From Eledone cirrhosa (Eukaryota): 64,000 nucleotides of DNA. This document shows, piece after piece, positions 1 through 16,300 of this stretch (positions are counted from its first letter, which is position 1; every line of letters starts with the position of its first letter). A program made the position numbers and the translations under genes. Location: assembly GCA_964016885.1 (NCBI GenBank), contig OZ024743.1, positions 142,166,001-142,230,000 on the forward strand. Reading direction: 5' to 3'. A model generated the notes under the pieces. It saw nothing but the letters and a program-made list of their open reading frames with translations, made no database searches and was not told the DNA's origin.

Positions 1-3000
1 CCAAACACCAAACACCAAACACCAAGCACAAAGAACCAAACACCAAACACCAAACAGCAAGCACCAAGCACCAAACACCAAGCACCAAACACCAAACCCC
101 AAGCACCAATCACCAAACACTAATCAACAAGCACCAAGCACCAAACACAAAGCACCAAGCAGCAAGCACCAAACACCAAGCACCGAGCACCAAGCACCAA
201 GCACCAAACACCAAGCACCAAGCACCAAACACCAAACCCCAAGCACCAAAGACCAAGCACAAAGCACCAAGGACCAAACACCAAGCACCAAGCACCAAGT
301 ACCAAACACCAAGCACCAAGCACCAAACACCCAGCACCAAGCACCAAGCACCAAACACCAAGCACCAAGCACCAAACACCAAACACCAAACACCAAGCAC
401 CAAGCACCAAACAGTAAGCACCAAACACCAAACAACAAACAGCAAACGCCAAACACCAAGCACCAAGCACCAAGCACCAAACACCAAGCACCAAGCACCA
501 AGCACAAATCAGCAAACACCAAGCACCAAGGACCAAACATCAAACACCAAGCACCAAGCACCAAACACCAAACACCAATCACCAAGCACCAAGCACAAAG
601 CACCGAACACCAAGCACCAAGCACCAAGCACCAAACACCAAGCACCAAACACCAAGCACCAGGCACCAAGCACCAAACACCAGGCACCATGCACCAAACA
701 CCAAGCACCAAGCACGAAGCACCAAACACCAAGCACCAAACACCAAACACTTAACACCAAGCACCAAGCACCAAGCACCAAGCACCAAGCACCAAACACC
801 AAACACCAAGCACCAAGTATCAAACACCAAGCACCAAGCACCAAACACCAAGCAGCAAGCACCAATCACCAAACACCAAGAACCAAGCACCAAACACCAA
901 CTACCAAGCACCAAGTACATACACCAAGCACCAAACACCAAACACAAAACACCAAGCACCAAACACCGAGCACCAAACACCAGATACCAAGCACCAAGCA
1001 CCAAACACCAAACACGAAGCACGCAACATCAAACACCAAGCACCAAGCACCAAGCACGAAGCAACAAACACCAAGCACCAAGCACCAAGTACCAAACACC
1101 AACCACCAAGCACCAAACACCAAACACCAAGCTCCAAGCACCAAGCACGAAACACCAGGCACCAAGCACCAAACACCAAGCACCAAGTATCAAACACCAA
1201 GCACCAAGCACCAAACACCAAGCAGCAAGCACCAATCACCAAAAACCAAGAACCAAGCACGAAACACCAACCACCAAGCACCAAGTACATACACCAAGCA
1301 CCAAACACCAAACAAAACACCAAGCACCAAGCACCAAGCACGAAACACCAAGCCCCAAGCACCAAGCACCAAACACCAAACACCAAGCACCAAACACAAA
1401 ACACCAAGCACCAAGCACCAAGCAGCACACACCCAGCATCAAACACCAAACACCAAACACCAAGCACCAAACACCAAACACCAAACACCAAGCACCAAGC
1501 ACCAAGCACCAAACACCAGACACCAAGCACCAAACACCAAGCACCAAGCACCAAGCACCAAACACCAAACAACAAGCACCAGGTACCAAGCACCAAACAC
1601 CAAAAACCAAACACCAAGCACCAAGCACCAAGCACCAAACACCAAACACCAAGCACCAAGCACCAAGCACCAAACACCAAACAGCAAACACCAAACACCA
1701 AACAGCAAAAACCAAATACGAAACAGCAAACACCATACAACAAACACCAAACACCAAAAAGCAGACACCAAACACCAAACACCAAACACCAAGCACCAAG
1801 CACCAAGCACCAACCACCAAACCCCAAGCACCAAGCAACACACACTAATCACCAAGCACCAAGCACCAAACAACAAGCACCAAGCACCAAGCACCAAACA
1901 CCAAGCACCAAGCACCAACCACCAACCACCCAGAACCTAGCACCAAGCACCAAACAGCAAGCACCAAACACCAAACACCAAACACCAAGCACCAAGCACC
2001 AAGCACCAAACACCAAGCCCCAAGCACCAAGCACCAAACACCAAACACCAAGAACCAAGCACCAAACACCAAGCACCAAGCACCAATCACAAAGAAAGAA
2101 ACAACAAGCAGCAAGCAGCAAGCACCAAACACCAAACACCAAGCACCAAACACCAAGCACCAAACACCAAGCACCAAACACCAAACAGCAAGCACCAAGC
2201 ACCAAACACCAAGCACCAAGCACCAACCCCCTAGCACCAAACACCAAACACCAAGCACCAAGCACAAAACACCAAGCACCAATCACCATGCACCAAACAC
2301 CAAGCAGCAAGCAGCAAGCACCAAACGCCAAAACCAAGCACCAAGCACCAAACACCAAACACCAAGCACCAAGCACCAAACACCTAACACCAAGCACCAA
2401 GCACCAAGCACCAAGCACCAAACACCAAGCACCAATCACCAAACACCAAGCACCAAGCACCAAACACCAAGCACCAGGCACCAAGCACCAAACACCAAGC
2501 ACCAAACACCAAGCACCAAGCACCAAACACCAAGCACCAAGACCGAAGCACCAAACACCAATCACCAAACTCCAAACACAAAACACCAAGCACCAAGCAG
2601 CAAGCACCAAACACCAAACACCAAGCACCAAGGACCAAACATCAAACACCAAGCACCAAGCACCAAACACCTAACACCAAGCACCAAGCACCAAGCCCCA
2701 AACACCAAGCACCAAGCACCAAAGACCAAGCACCAAACACCAAACACCAAGCACCAAACACCAAACCCCAAGCACCAAACACCAAACCGCAAGCACCAAG
2801 CACCAAACACTTATCACCAAGCACCAAGCACCAAACAACAAGCACCAAGCACCAAGCACCAGGCACCAAGCACCAAGCACCAAACACAAAACACCAAGCA
2901 CCAAGCACCAAGCAGCAAACACCAAGCATCAAACACCAAACACCAAGCACGCAGCACCAAACACCAAGCACCAAGCACCAAACACCAAACACCAAGCACC

Positions 3001-6000
3001 AAGCACCGAGCACCAAACACCAAACACCAAACACCAAGCACCAAGAACCAAACACCAAACACCAAACAGCAAGCATCAAGCATCAAACACCAAGCACCAA
3101 ACACCAAACCCCAAGCACCAATCACCAAACACTAATCAACAAGCACCAAGCACCAAACACGAAGCACCAAGCAGCAAGCACCAAACACCAAGCACCAAGC
3201 ACCAAGCACCAATCACCAAACACCAAGCACCAAGCACCAAACACCAGACCCCAAGCACCAAAGACCAAGCACAAAGCACCAAGGACCAAACACCAAGCAC
3301 CAAGCACCAAGCACCAAACACCAAGCACCAAGCACCAAACACCCAGCACCAAGCACCAAGCACCAAACACCAAGCACCAAGCACCAAACACCAAACACCA
3401 AACACCAAGCACCAAGCACCAAACAGCAAGCACCAAACACCAAACAACAAACAGCAAACGCCAAACACCAAGCACCAAGCACCAAGCACCAAACACCAAG
3501 CACCAAGCACCAAGCACAAATCAGCAAACACCAAGCACCAAGGACCAAACATCAAACACCAAGCACCAAGCACCAAACACCAAACACCAATCACCAAGCA
3601 CCAAGCACAAAGCACCAAACACCAAGCACCAAACACCAAGCACCAAACACCAAGCACCAAACACCAAGCACCAGGCACCAAGCACCAAACACCAGGCACC
3701 ATGCACCAAACACCAAGCACCAAGCACGAAGCACCAAACACCAAGCACCAAACACCAAACACTTAACACCAAGCACCAAGCACCAAGCACCAAGCACCAA
3801 GCACCAAACACCAAACACCAAGCACCAAGTATCAAACACCAAGCACCAAGCACCAAACACCAAGCAGCAAGCACCAATCACCAAACACCAAGAACCAAGC
3901 ACCAAACACCAACTACCAAGCACCAAGTACATACACCAAGCACCAAACACCAAACACAAAACACCAAGCACCAAACACCGAGCACCAAACACCAGATACC
4001 AAGCACCAAGCACCAAACACCAAACACGAAGCACGCAGCATCAAACACCAAGCACCAAGCACCAAGCACCAAGCAACAAACACCAAGCACCAAGCACCAA
4101 GTACCAAACACCAACCACCAAGCACCAAACACCAAACACCAAGCTCCAAGCACCAAGCACGAAACACCAGGCACCAAGCACCAAGCACCAAACACCAAGC
4201 ACCAAACACCAAACACCAAGCACCAAGTATCAAACACCAAGCACCAAGCACCAAACACCAAGCAGCAAGCACCAATCACCAAACACCAAGAACCAAGCAC
4301 CAAACACCAACCACCAAGCACCAAGTACATACACCAAGCACCAAACACCAAACACAAAACACCAAGCACCAAGCACCAAGCACCAAGCACGAAACACCAA
4401 GCCCCAAGCACCAAGCACCAAACACCAAACACCAAGCACCAAACACAAAACACCAAGCACCAAGCACCAAGCAGCACACACCCAGCATCAAACACCAAAC
4501 ACCAAACACCAAGCACCAAACACCAAACACCAAACACCAAGCACCAAGCACCAAGCACCAAACACCAGACACCAAGCACCAGACACCAAGCACCAAGCAC
4601 CAAGCACCAAACACCAAACAACAAGCACCAGGTACCAAGCACCAAACACCAAAAACCAAACACCAAGCACCAAGCACCAAGCACCAAACACCAAACACCA
4701 AGCACCAAGCACCAAGCACCAAACACCAAACAGCAAACACCAAACACCAAACAGCAAAAACCAAATACGAAACAGCAAACACCATACAACAAACACCAAA
4801 CACCAAAAAGCAGACACCAAACACCAAACACCAAACACCAAGCACCAAGCACCAAGCACCAACCACCAAACCCCAAGCACCAAGCACCAAACAGCAAGCA
4901 CCAAACACCAAACAACAAACAGCAAACGCCAAACACCAAGCACCAAGCACCAAGCACCAAACACCAAGCACCAAGCACCAAGCACAAATCAGCAAACACC
5001 AAGCACCAAGGACCAAACATCAAACACCAAGCACCAAGCACCAAACACCAAACACCAATCACCAAGCACCAAGCACAAAGCACCGAACACCAAGCACCAA
5101 GCACCAAGCACCAAACACCAAGCACCAAACACCAAGCACCAGGCACCAAGCACCAAACACCAGGCACCATGCACCAAACACCAAGCACCAAGCACGAAGC
5201 ACCAAACACCAAGCACCAAACACCAAACACTTAACACCAAGCACCAAGCACCAAGCACCAAGCACCAAGCACCAAACACCAAACACCAAGCACCAAGTAT
5301 CAAACACCAAACACCAAGCACCAAACACCAAGCAACAAGCACCAATCACCAAACACCAAGAACCAAGCACCAAACACCAACTACCAAGCACCAAGTACAT
5401 ACACCAAGCACCAAACACCAAACACAAAACACCAAGCACCAAACACCGAGCACCAAACACCAGATACCAAGCACCAAGCACCAAACACCAAACACGAAGC
5501 ACGCAACATCAAACACCAAGCACCAAGCACCAAGCACCAAGCAACAAACACCAAGCACCAAGCACCAAGTACCAAACACCAACCACCAAGCACCAAACAC
5601 CAAACACCAAGCTCCAAGCACCAAGCACGAAACACCAGGCACCAAGCACCAAGCACCAAACACCAAGCACCAAACACCAAACACCAAGCACCAAGTATCA
5701 AACACCAAGCACCAAGCACCAAACACCAAGCAGCAAGCACCAATCACCAAACACCAAGAACCAAGCACCAAACACCAACCACCAAGCACCAAGTACATAC
5801 ACCAAGCAACAAACACCAAACACAAAACACCAAGCACCAAGCACCAAGCACGAAACACCAAGCCCCAAGCACCAAGCACCAAACACCAAACACCAAGCAC
5901 CAAACACAAAACACCAAGCACCAAGCACCAAGCAGCACACACCCAGCATCAAACACCAAACACCAAACACCAAGCACCAAACACCAAACACCAAACACCA

Positions 6001-9000
6001 AGCACCAAGCACCAAGCACCAAACACCAGACACCAAGCACCAAACACCAAGCACCAAGCACCAAGCACCAAACACCAAACAACAAGCACCAGGTACCAAG
6101 CACCAAACACCAAAAACCAAACACCAAGCACCAAGCACCAAGCACCAAACACCAAACACCAAGCACCAAGCACCAAGCACCAAACACCAAACAGCAAACA
6201 CCAAACACCAAACAGCAAAAACCAAATACGAAACAGCAAACACCATACAGCAAACACCAAACACCAAAAAGCAGACACCAAACACCAAACACCAAACACC
6301 AAGCACCAAGCACCAAGCACCAACCACCAAACCCCAAGCACCAAGCAACACACACTAATCACCAAGCACCAAGCACCAAACAACAAGCACCAAGCACCAA
6401 GCACCAAACACCAAGCACCAAGCACCAACCACCAACCACCCAGAACCTAGCACCAAGCACCAAACAGCAAGCACCAAACACCAAACACCAAACACCAAGC
6501 ACCAAGCACCAAGCACCAAACACCAAGCCCCAAGCACCAAGCACCAAACACCAAACACCAAGAACCAAGCACCAAACACCAAGCACCAAGCACCAATCAC
6601 AAAGAAAGAAACAACAAGCAGCAAGCAGCAAGCACCAAACACCAAACACCAAGCACCAAACACCAAGCACCAAACACCAAGCACCAAACACCAAACACTA
6701 AGTCCCACGCACCAAGCACCAAACACCAAACAGCAAGCACCAAGCACCAAACACCAAGCACCAAGCACCAACCCCCTAGCACCAAACACCAAACACCAAG
6801 CACCAAGCACAAAACACCAAGCACCAATCACCATGCACCAAACACCAAGCAGCAAGCAGCAAGCACCAAACGCCAAAACCAAGCACCAAGCACCAAACAC
6901 CAAACACCAAGCACCAAGCACCAAACACCTAACACCAAGCACCAAGCACCAAGCACCAAGCACCAAACACCAAGCACCAATCACCAAACACTAAGCACCA
7001 AGCACCAAACACCAAGCACCAGGCACCAAGCACCAAACACCAAGCACCAAACACCAAGCACCAAGCACCAAACACCAAGCACCAAGACCGAAGCACCAAA
7101 CACCAATCACCAAACTCCAAACACAAAACACCAAGCACCAAGCAGCAAGCACCAAACACCAAACACCAAGCACCAAGCACCAAATACCAAACACCAAGCA
7201 CCAAGGACCAAACATCAAACACCAAGCACCAAGCACCAAACACCTAACACCAAGCACCAAGCACCAAGCCCCAAACACCAAGCACCAAGCACCAAAGACC
7301 AAGCACCAAGCACCAAGCACCAAACACCAAACACCAAGCACCAAACACCAAACCCCAAGCACCAAACACCAAACCGCAAGCACCAAGCACCAAACACTAA
7401 TCACCAAGCACCAAGCACCAAACAACAAGCACCAAGCACCAAGCACCAGGCACCAAGCACCAAGCACCAAACACAAAACACCAAGCACCAAGCACCAAGC
7501 AGCAAACACCAAGCATCAAACACCAAACACCAAGCACGCAGCACCAAACACCAAGCACCAAGCACCAAACACCAAACACCAAGCACCAAGCACCGAGCAC
7601 CAAACACCAAACACCAAACACCAAGCACCAAGAACCAAACACCAAACACCAAACAGCAAGCACCAAGCACCAAACACCAAGCACCAAACACCAAACCCCA
7701 AGCACCAATCACCAAACACTAATCAACAAGCACCAAGCACCAAGCACGAAGCACCAAGCAGCAAGCACCAAACACCAAGCACCAAGCACCAAGCACCAAT
7801 CACCAAACACCAAGCACCAAGCACCAAACACCAGACCCCAAGCACCAAAGACCAAGCACAAAGCACCAAGGACCAAACACCAAGCACCAAGCACCAAGCA
7901 CCAAACACCAAGCACCAAGCACCAAACACCCAGCACCAAGCACCAAGCACCAAACACCAAGCACCAAGCACCAAACACCAAACACCAAACACCAAGCACC
8001 AAGCACCAAACAGCAAGCACCAAACACCAAACAACAAACAGCAAACGCCAAACACCAAGCACCAAGCACCAAGCACCAAACACCAAGCACCATCACCAAG
8101 CACAAATCAGCAAACACCAAGCACCAAGGACCAAACATCAAACACCAAGCACCAAGCACCAAACACCAAACACCAATCACCAAGCACCAAGCACAAAGCA
8201 CCAAACACCAAGCACCAAGCACCAAGCACCAAACACCAAGCACCAAACACCAAGCACCAGGCACCAAGCACCAAACACCAGGCACCATGCACCAAACACC
8301 AAGCACCAAGCACGAAGCACCAAACACCAAGCACCAAACACCAAACACTTAACACCAAGCACCAAGCACCAAGCACCAAGCACCAAGCACCAAACACCAA
8401 ACACCAAGCACCAAGTATCAAACACCAAGCACCAAGCACCAAACACCAAGCAGCAAGCACCAATCACCAAACACCAAGAACCAAGCACCAAACACCAACT
8501 ACCAAGCACCAAGTACATACACCAAGCACCAAACACCAAACACAATACACCAAGCACTAAACACCGAGCACCAAACACCAGATACCAAGCACCAAGCACC
8601 AAACACCAAACACGAAGCACGCAGCATCAAACACCAAGCACCAAGCACCAAGCACCAAGCAACAAACACCAAGCACCAAGCACCAAGTACCAAACACCAA
8701 CCACCAAGCACCAAACACCAAACACCAAGCTCCAAGCACCAAGCACGAAACACCAGGCACCAAGCACCAAGCACCAAACACCAAGCACCAAACACCAAAC
8801 ACCAAGCACCAAGTATCAAACACCAAGCACCAAGCACCAAACACCAAGCAGCAAGCACCAATCACCAAACACCAAGAACCAAGCACCAAACACCAACCAC
8901 CAAGCACCAAGTACATACACCAAGCACCAAACACCAAACACAAAACACCAAGCACCAAGCACCAAGCACGAAACACCAAGCCCCAAGCACCAAGCACCAA

Positions 9001-10360
9001 ACACCAAACACCAAGCACCAAACACAAAACACCAAGCACCAAGCACCAAGCAGCACACACCCAGCATCAAACACCAAACACCAAACACCAAGCACCAAAC
9101 ACCAAACACCAAACACCAAGCACCAAGCACCAAGCACCAAACACCAGACACCAAGCACCAAACACCAAGCACCAAGCACCAAGCACCAAACACCAAACAA
9201 CAAGCACCAGGTACCAAGCACCAAACACCAAAAACCAAACACCAAGCACCAAGCACCAAGCACCAAACACCAAACACCAAGCACCAAGCACCAAGCACCA
9301 AACACCAAACAGCAAACACCAAACACCAAACAGCAAAAACCAAATACGAAACAGCAAACACCATACAGCAAACACCAAACACCAAAAAGCAGACACCAAA
9401 CACCAAACACCAAACACCAAGCACCAAGCACCAAGCACCAACCACCAAACCCCAAGCACCAAGCAACACACACTAATCACCAAGCACCAAGCACCAAACA
9501 ACAAGCACCAAGCACCAAGCACCAAACACCAAGCACCAAGCACCAACCACCAACCACCCAGAACCTAGCACCAAGCACCAAACAGCAAGCACCAAACACC
9601 AAACACCAAACACCAAGCACCAAGCACCAAGCACCAAACACCAAGCCCCAAGCACCAAGCACCAAACACCAAACACCAAGAACCAAGCACCAAACACCAA
9701 GCACCAAGCACCAATCACAAAGAAAGAAACAACAAGCAGCAAGCAGCAAGCACCAAACACCAAACACCAAGCACCAAACACCAAGCACCAAACACCAAGC
9801 ACCAAACACCAAACACTAAGTCCCACGCACCAAGCACCAAACACCAAACAGCAAGCACCAAGCACCAAACACCAAGCACCAAGCACCAACCCCCTAGCAC
9901 CAAACACCAAACACCAAGCACCAAGCACAAAACACCAAGCACCAATCACCATGCACGAAACACCAAGCAGCAAGCAGCAAGCACCAAACACCAAAACCAA
10001 GCACCAAGCACCAAACACCAAACACCAAGCACCAAGCACCAAACACCTAACACCAAGCACCAAGCACCAAGCACCAAGCACCAAACACCAAGCACCAATC
10101 ACCAAACACCAAGCACCAAGCACCAAACACCAAGCACCAGGCACCAAGCACCAAACACCAAGCACCAAACACCAAGCACCAAGCACCAAACACCAAGCAC
10201 CAAGACCGAAGCACCAAACACCAAGCACCAAACTCCAAACACAAAACACCAAGCACCAAGCAGCAAGCACCAAACACCAAACACCAAGCACCAAGCACCA
10301 AATACCAAACACCAAGCACCAAGGACCAAACATCAAACACCAAGCACCAAGCACCAAACA
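1..10360 (+). repeat. Higher-order block A: about 3.5 related copies of a ~3.0-3.1 kb unit, one of them truncated
   Basis: Near-identical ORF-track translations lie at offsets of 3012 (110..505 vs 3122..3517; 579..1022 vs 3591..4034), 1468 (3521..3877 vs 4989..5345) and 3118 (4989..5345 vs 8107..8463; 6929..7243 vs 10047..10361). The landmark GGTACC recurs at 1582, 4631, 6092 and 9210. Confidence 0.9.
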
Positions 10361-13300
10361 CCTACACCAAGCACCAAGCACCAAGCCCCAAACACCAAGC
10401 ACCAACCACCAAAGACCAAGCACCAAGCACCAAGCACCAAACACCAAGCACCAAGCACCAAACACCAAACCCCAAGCACCAAACACCAAACCGCAAGCAC
10501 CAAGCACCAAACACTAATCACCAAGCACCAAGCACCAAACAACAAGCACCAAGCACCAAGCACCAGGCACCAAGCACCAAGCACCAAACACAAAACACCA
10601 AGCACCAAGCACCAAGCAGCAAACACCAAGCATCAAACACCAAACACCAAACACCAAGCACCAAACACCAAGCACCAAGCACCAAACACCAAACACCAAG
10701 CACCAAGCACCAAGCACCAAACACCAAATACCAAGCACCAAGCACCAAACACCTAACACCAAGCACCAAGCACCAAGCACCAAGCACCAAACACCAAGCA
10801 CCAATCACCAAACACCAAGCACCAAGCACCAAACACCAAGCACCAAACACCAGATACCAAGCACCAAGCACCAAACACCAAACACCAAGCACCAAGCAGC
10901 AAACACCAAACAACAAGCACCAGGCACCAAGCACCAAACACCAAACACCAAGCACGCAGCATCAAACACCAAGCACCAAGCACCAAGCACCAAACACCAA
11001 TCACCAAGCACCAAGCACCAAGTACCAAACACCAACCACCAAGCACCAAACACCAAACACCAAGCACCAAACACCAAGCACGAAACACCAGGCACCAAGC
11101 ACCAAACACCAAACACCAAGCACCAAACACCAGCCACCAAGCACCAAGCACCAAGCACCAAACACCAAACACCAAGCACTAAGCACCAAACACCAAACAA
11201 CAAGCAGCAGGCACCAAGCACCAAACACCAAACACCAAGCACGCAGCACCAAACACCAAGCACCAAGCACCAAACACCAATCACCTAGCACCAAGCACCA
11301 AACACCAAACACCAAACACCAAGCACCAAGAACCAAACACCAAACACCAAACAGCAAGCACCAAGCACCAAACACCAAGCACCAAACACCAAACCCCAAG
11401 CACCAATCACCAAACACTAATCACCAAGCACCAAGCACCAAACACCAAGCACCAAGCAGCAAGCACCAAACACCAAGCACCAAGCACCAAGCACCAAGCA
11501 CCAAGCACCAAGCACCAAACACCAAGCACCAAGCACCAAACATCAAACACCAAACACCAAGCACCAAGCACCAAACAGCAAGCACCAAATACCAAGCACC
11601 AAACACCAAGCACCAAACACCAAGCCCCACGCACCAAGCACCAAACACCAAACACCAAGCACCAAGCACCAAACACCAAGCACCAAGCACCAAGCCCCTA
11701 GCACCAAACACCAAACACCAATCAAAAAGCACAAAACACCAAGCACCAATCACCAAGCACCAAACACCTAGCAGCAAGCAGCAAGCACCAAACACCAAAC
11801 ACAAAGCACCAAGCACCAAATACCAAACACCAAGCACCAAGGTCCAAACATCAAACACCAAGCACCAAACGCCTAACACCAAGCACCAAGCACCAAGCAC
11901 CAAGCAGCAAACACAAAACACCAAGCACCAAGCACCAAGCAGCAAACACCAAACACCAAGCACCATGCACCAAGCACCAAACACCAAACACCAAGCACCA
12001 AACACCAGATACCAAGCACCAAGCACCAAACACCAAACACCAAGCACCAAGCACCAAACACCAAACAACAAGAACCAGGCACCAAGCACCAAACACCAAA
12101 CACCAAGCACCAAGCACCAAACACCAAACACCAAGCACGCAGCATCAAACACCAAGCACCAAGCACGAAGCACCAAAGACCAAGCACCAAGCACCAAGCA
12201 CCAAGTACCAAACACCAAACACCAAGCACCAAACACCAAACACCAAGCACCAAGCACCAAGCACGAAACACCAGGCACCAAGCACCTAGCACAAAACACC
12301 AAACACCAAGCACCAAACACCAGCCACCAAGCACCAAGCACCAAACACCAAACACCAAGCACTATGCACCAAACACCAAACAACAAGCACCAGGCACCAA
12401 GCTCCAAACGCCAAACACCAAGCACGCAGCACCAAACACCAAGCACCAAGCACCAAGCACCAAACACCAAGCACCAAGCACCAAGCACCAAACACCAAAC
12501 ACCAAACACCAAGCACCAAGAACCAAACACCAAACACCAAACAGCAAGCACCAAGCACCAAACACCAAGCACCAAACACCAAACCCCAAGCACCAAGCAC
12601 AAAGCCCCTAGCACCAAACACCAAACACCAATCAAAAAGCACAAAACACCAAGCACCAATCACCAAGCACCAAACACCAAGCAGCAAGCAGCAAGCACCA
12701 AACACCAAACACCAAGCACCAAGCACCAAATACCAAACACCAAGCACCAAGGTCCAAATATCAAACACCAAGCACCAAACGCCTAACACCAAGCACCAAG
12801 CACCAAGCACCAAGCACCAAACACAAAACACCAAGCACCAAGCACCAAGCAGCAAACACCAAGCATCAAACACCAAGCACCAAGCACCAAACACCAAACA
12901 CCAAGCACCATGCACCAAGCACCAAACACCAAACACCAAGCACCAAACACCAGATACCAAGCACCAAGCACCAAACACCAAACACCAAGCACCAAGCACC
13001 AAACACCAAACAACAAGAACCAGGCACCAAGCACCAAACACAAAAACACCAAGCACCAAGCACCAAACACCAAACACCAAGCACGCAGCATCAAACACCA
13101 AGCACCAAGCACCAAGCACCAAAGACCAAGCACCAAGCACCAAGCACCAAGTACCAAACACCAAACACCAAGCACCAAACACCAAACACCAAGCACCAAG
13201 CACCAAGCACGAAACACCAGGCACCAAGCACCAAGCACAAAACACCAAACACCAAGCACCAAACACCAGCCACCAAGCACCAAGCACCAAACACCAAACA

Positions 13301-16300
13301 CCAAGCACTATGCACCAAACACCAAACAACAAGCACCAGGCACCAAGCACCAAGCACCAAACACCAAGCACGCAGCACCAAACACCAAGCACCAAGCACC
13401 AAACACCAAACACCAAGCACCAAGCACCAAGCACCAAACACCAAACAGCAAGCACCAAGCACCAAACACCAAGCACCAAACACCAAACCCCAAGCACCAA
13501 TCACCAAACACTAATCAACAAGCACCAAGCACCAAACACGAAGCACCAAGCAGCAAGCACCAAACACCAAGCACCAAGCACCAAGCACCAAGCACCAAAC
13601 ACCAAGCACCAAGCACCAAACACCAAACCCCAAGCACCAAAGACCAAGCACCAAGCACCAAGGATCAAACATCAAACACCAAGCACCAAGCACCAAACAC
13701 CTAACACCAAGCACCAAGCACCAAGCCCCAAACACCAAGCACCAAGCACCAAAGACCAAGCACCAAGCACCAAGCACCAAACACCAAGCACCAAGCACCA
13801 AACACCAAACCCCAAGCACCAAACACCAAACCGCAAGCACCAAGCACCAAACACTTATCACCAAGCACCAAGCACCAAACAACAAGCACCAAGCACCAAG
13901 CACCAGGCACCAAGCACCAAGCACCAAACACAAAACACCAAGCACCAAGCACCAAGCAGCAAACACCAAGCATCAAACACCAAACACCAAACACCAAGCA
14001 CCAAACACCAAGCACCAAGCACCAAACACCAAACACCAAGCACCAAGCACCAAGCACCAAACACCAAATACCAAGCACCAAGCAACAAACACCTAACACC
14101 AAGCACCAAGCACCAAGCACCAAGCACCAAACACCAAGCACCAATCACCAAACACCAAGCACCAAGCACCAAACACCAAGCACCAAACACCAGATACCAA
14201 GCACCAAGCACCAAACACCAAACACCAAGCACCAAGCAGCAAACACCAAACAACAAGCACCAGGCACCAAGCACCAAACACCAAACACCAAGCACGCAGC
14301 ATCAAACACCAAGCACCAAGCACCAAGCACCAAGCACCAATCACCAAGCACCAAGCACCAAGTACCAAACACCAACCACCAAGCACCAAACACCAAACAC
14401 CAAGCACCAAACACCAAGCACGAAACACCAGGCACCAAGCACCAAACACCAAACACCAAGCACCAAACACCAGCCACCAAGCACCAAGCATCAAGCACCA
14501 AACACCAAACACCAAGCACTAAGCACCAAACACCAAACAACAAGCAGCAGGCACCAAGCACCAAACACCAAACACCAAGCACGCAGCACCAAACACCAAG
14601 CACCAAGCACCAAACACCAATCACCTAGCACCAAGCACCAAACACCAAACACCAAACACCAAGCACCAAGAACCAAACACCAAACACCAAACAGCAAGCA
14701 CCAAGCACCAAACACCAAGCACCAAACACCAAACCCCAAGCACCAATCACCAAACACTAATCACCAAGCACCAAGCACCAAACACCAAGCACCAAGCAGC
14801 AAGCACCAAACACCAAGCACCAAGCACCAAGCACCAAGCACCAAGCACCAAGCACCAAACACCAAGCACCAAGCACCAAACATCAAACACCAAACACCAA
14901 GCACCAAGCACCAAACAGCAAGCACCAAATACCAAGCACCAAACACCAAGCACCAAACACCAAGCCCCACGCACCAAGCACCAAACACCAAACACCAAGC
15001 ACCAAGCACCAAACACCAAGCACCAAGCACCAAGCCCCTAGCACCAAACACCAAACACCAATCAAAAAGCACAAAACACCAAGCACCAATCACCAAGCAC
15101 CAAACACCTAGCAGCAAGCAGCAAGCACCAAACACCAAACACAAAGCACCAAGCACCAAATACCAAACACCAAGCACCAAGGTCCAAACATCAAACACCA
15201 AGCACCAAACGCCTAACACCAAGCACCAAGCACCAAGCACCAAGCAGCAAACACAAAACACCAAGCACCAAGCACCAAGCAGCAAACACCAAACACCAAG
15301 CACCATGCACCAAGCACCAAACACCAAACACCAAGCACCAAACACCAGATACCAAGCACCAAGCACCAAACACCAAACACCAAGCACCAAGCACCAAACA
15401 CCAAACAACAAGAACCAGGCACCAAGCACCAAACACCAAACACCAAGCACCAAGCACCAAACACCAAACACCAAGCACGCAGCATCAAACACCAAGCACC
15501 AAGCACCAAGCACCAAAGACCAAGCACCAAGCACCAAGCACCAAGTACCAAACACCAAACACCAAGCACCAAACACCAAACACCAAGCACCAAGCACCAA
15601 GCACGAAACACCAGGCACCAAGCACCTAGCACAAAACACCAAACACCAAGCACCAAACACCAGCCACCAAGCACCAAGCACCAAACACCAAACACCAAGC
15701 ACTATGCACCAAACACCAAACAACAAGCACCAGGCACCAAGCACCAAACGCCAAACACCAAGCACGCAGCACCAAACACCAAGCACCAAGCACCAAGCAC
15801 CAAACACCAAGCACCAAGCACCAAGCACCAAACACCAAACACCAAACACCAAGCACCAAGAACCAAACACCAAACACCAAACAGCAAGCACCAAGCACCA
15901 AACACCAAGCACCAAACACCAAACCCCAAGCACCAAGCACAAAGCCCCTAGCACCAAACACCAAACACCAATCAAAAAGCACAAAACACCAAGCACCAAT
16001 CACCAAGCACCAAACACCAAGCAGCAAGCAGCAAGCACCAAACACCAAACACCAAGCACCAAGCACCAAATACCAAACACCAAGCACCAAGGTCCAAATA
16101 TCAAACACCAAGCACCAAACGCCTAACACCAAGCACCAAGCACCAAGCACCAAGCACCAAACACAAAACACCAAGCACCAAGCACCAAGCAGCAAACACC
16201 AAGCATCAAACACCAAGCACCAAGCACCAAACACCAAACACCAAGCACCATGCACCAAGCACCAAACACCAAACACCAAGCACCAAACACCAGATACCAA

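Noticed and set aside
11125-11140. Chi site (GCTGGTGG) in CACCAGCCACC variants
   Set aside because: The minus strand reads GCTGGTGT, a mismatch to Chi. The similarity is expected from the TGGTG core.
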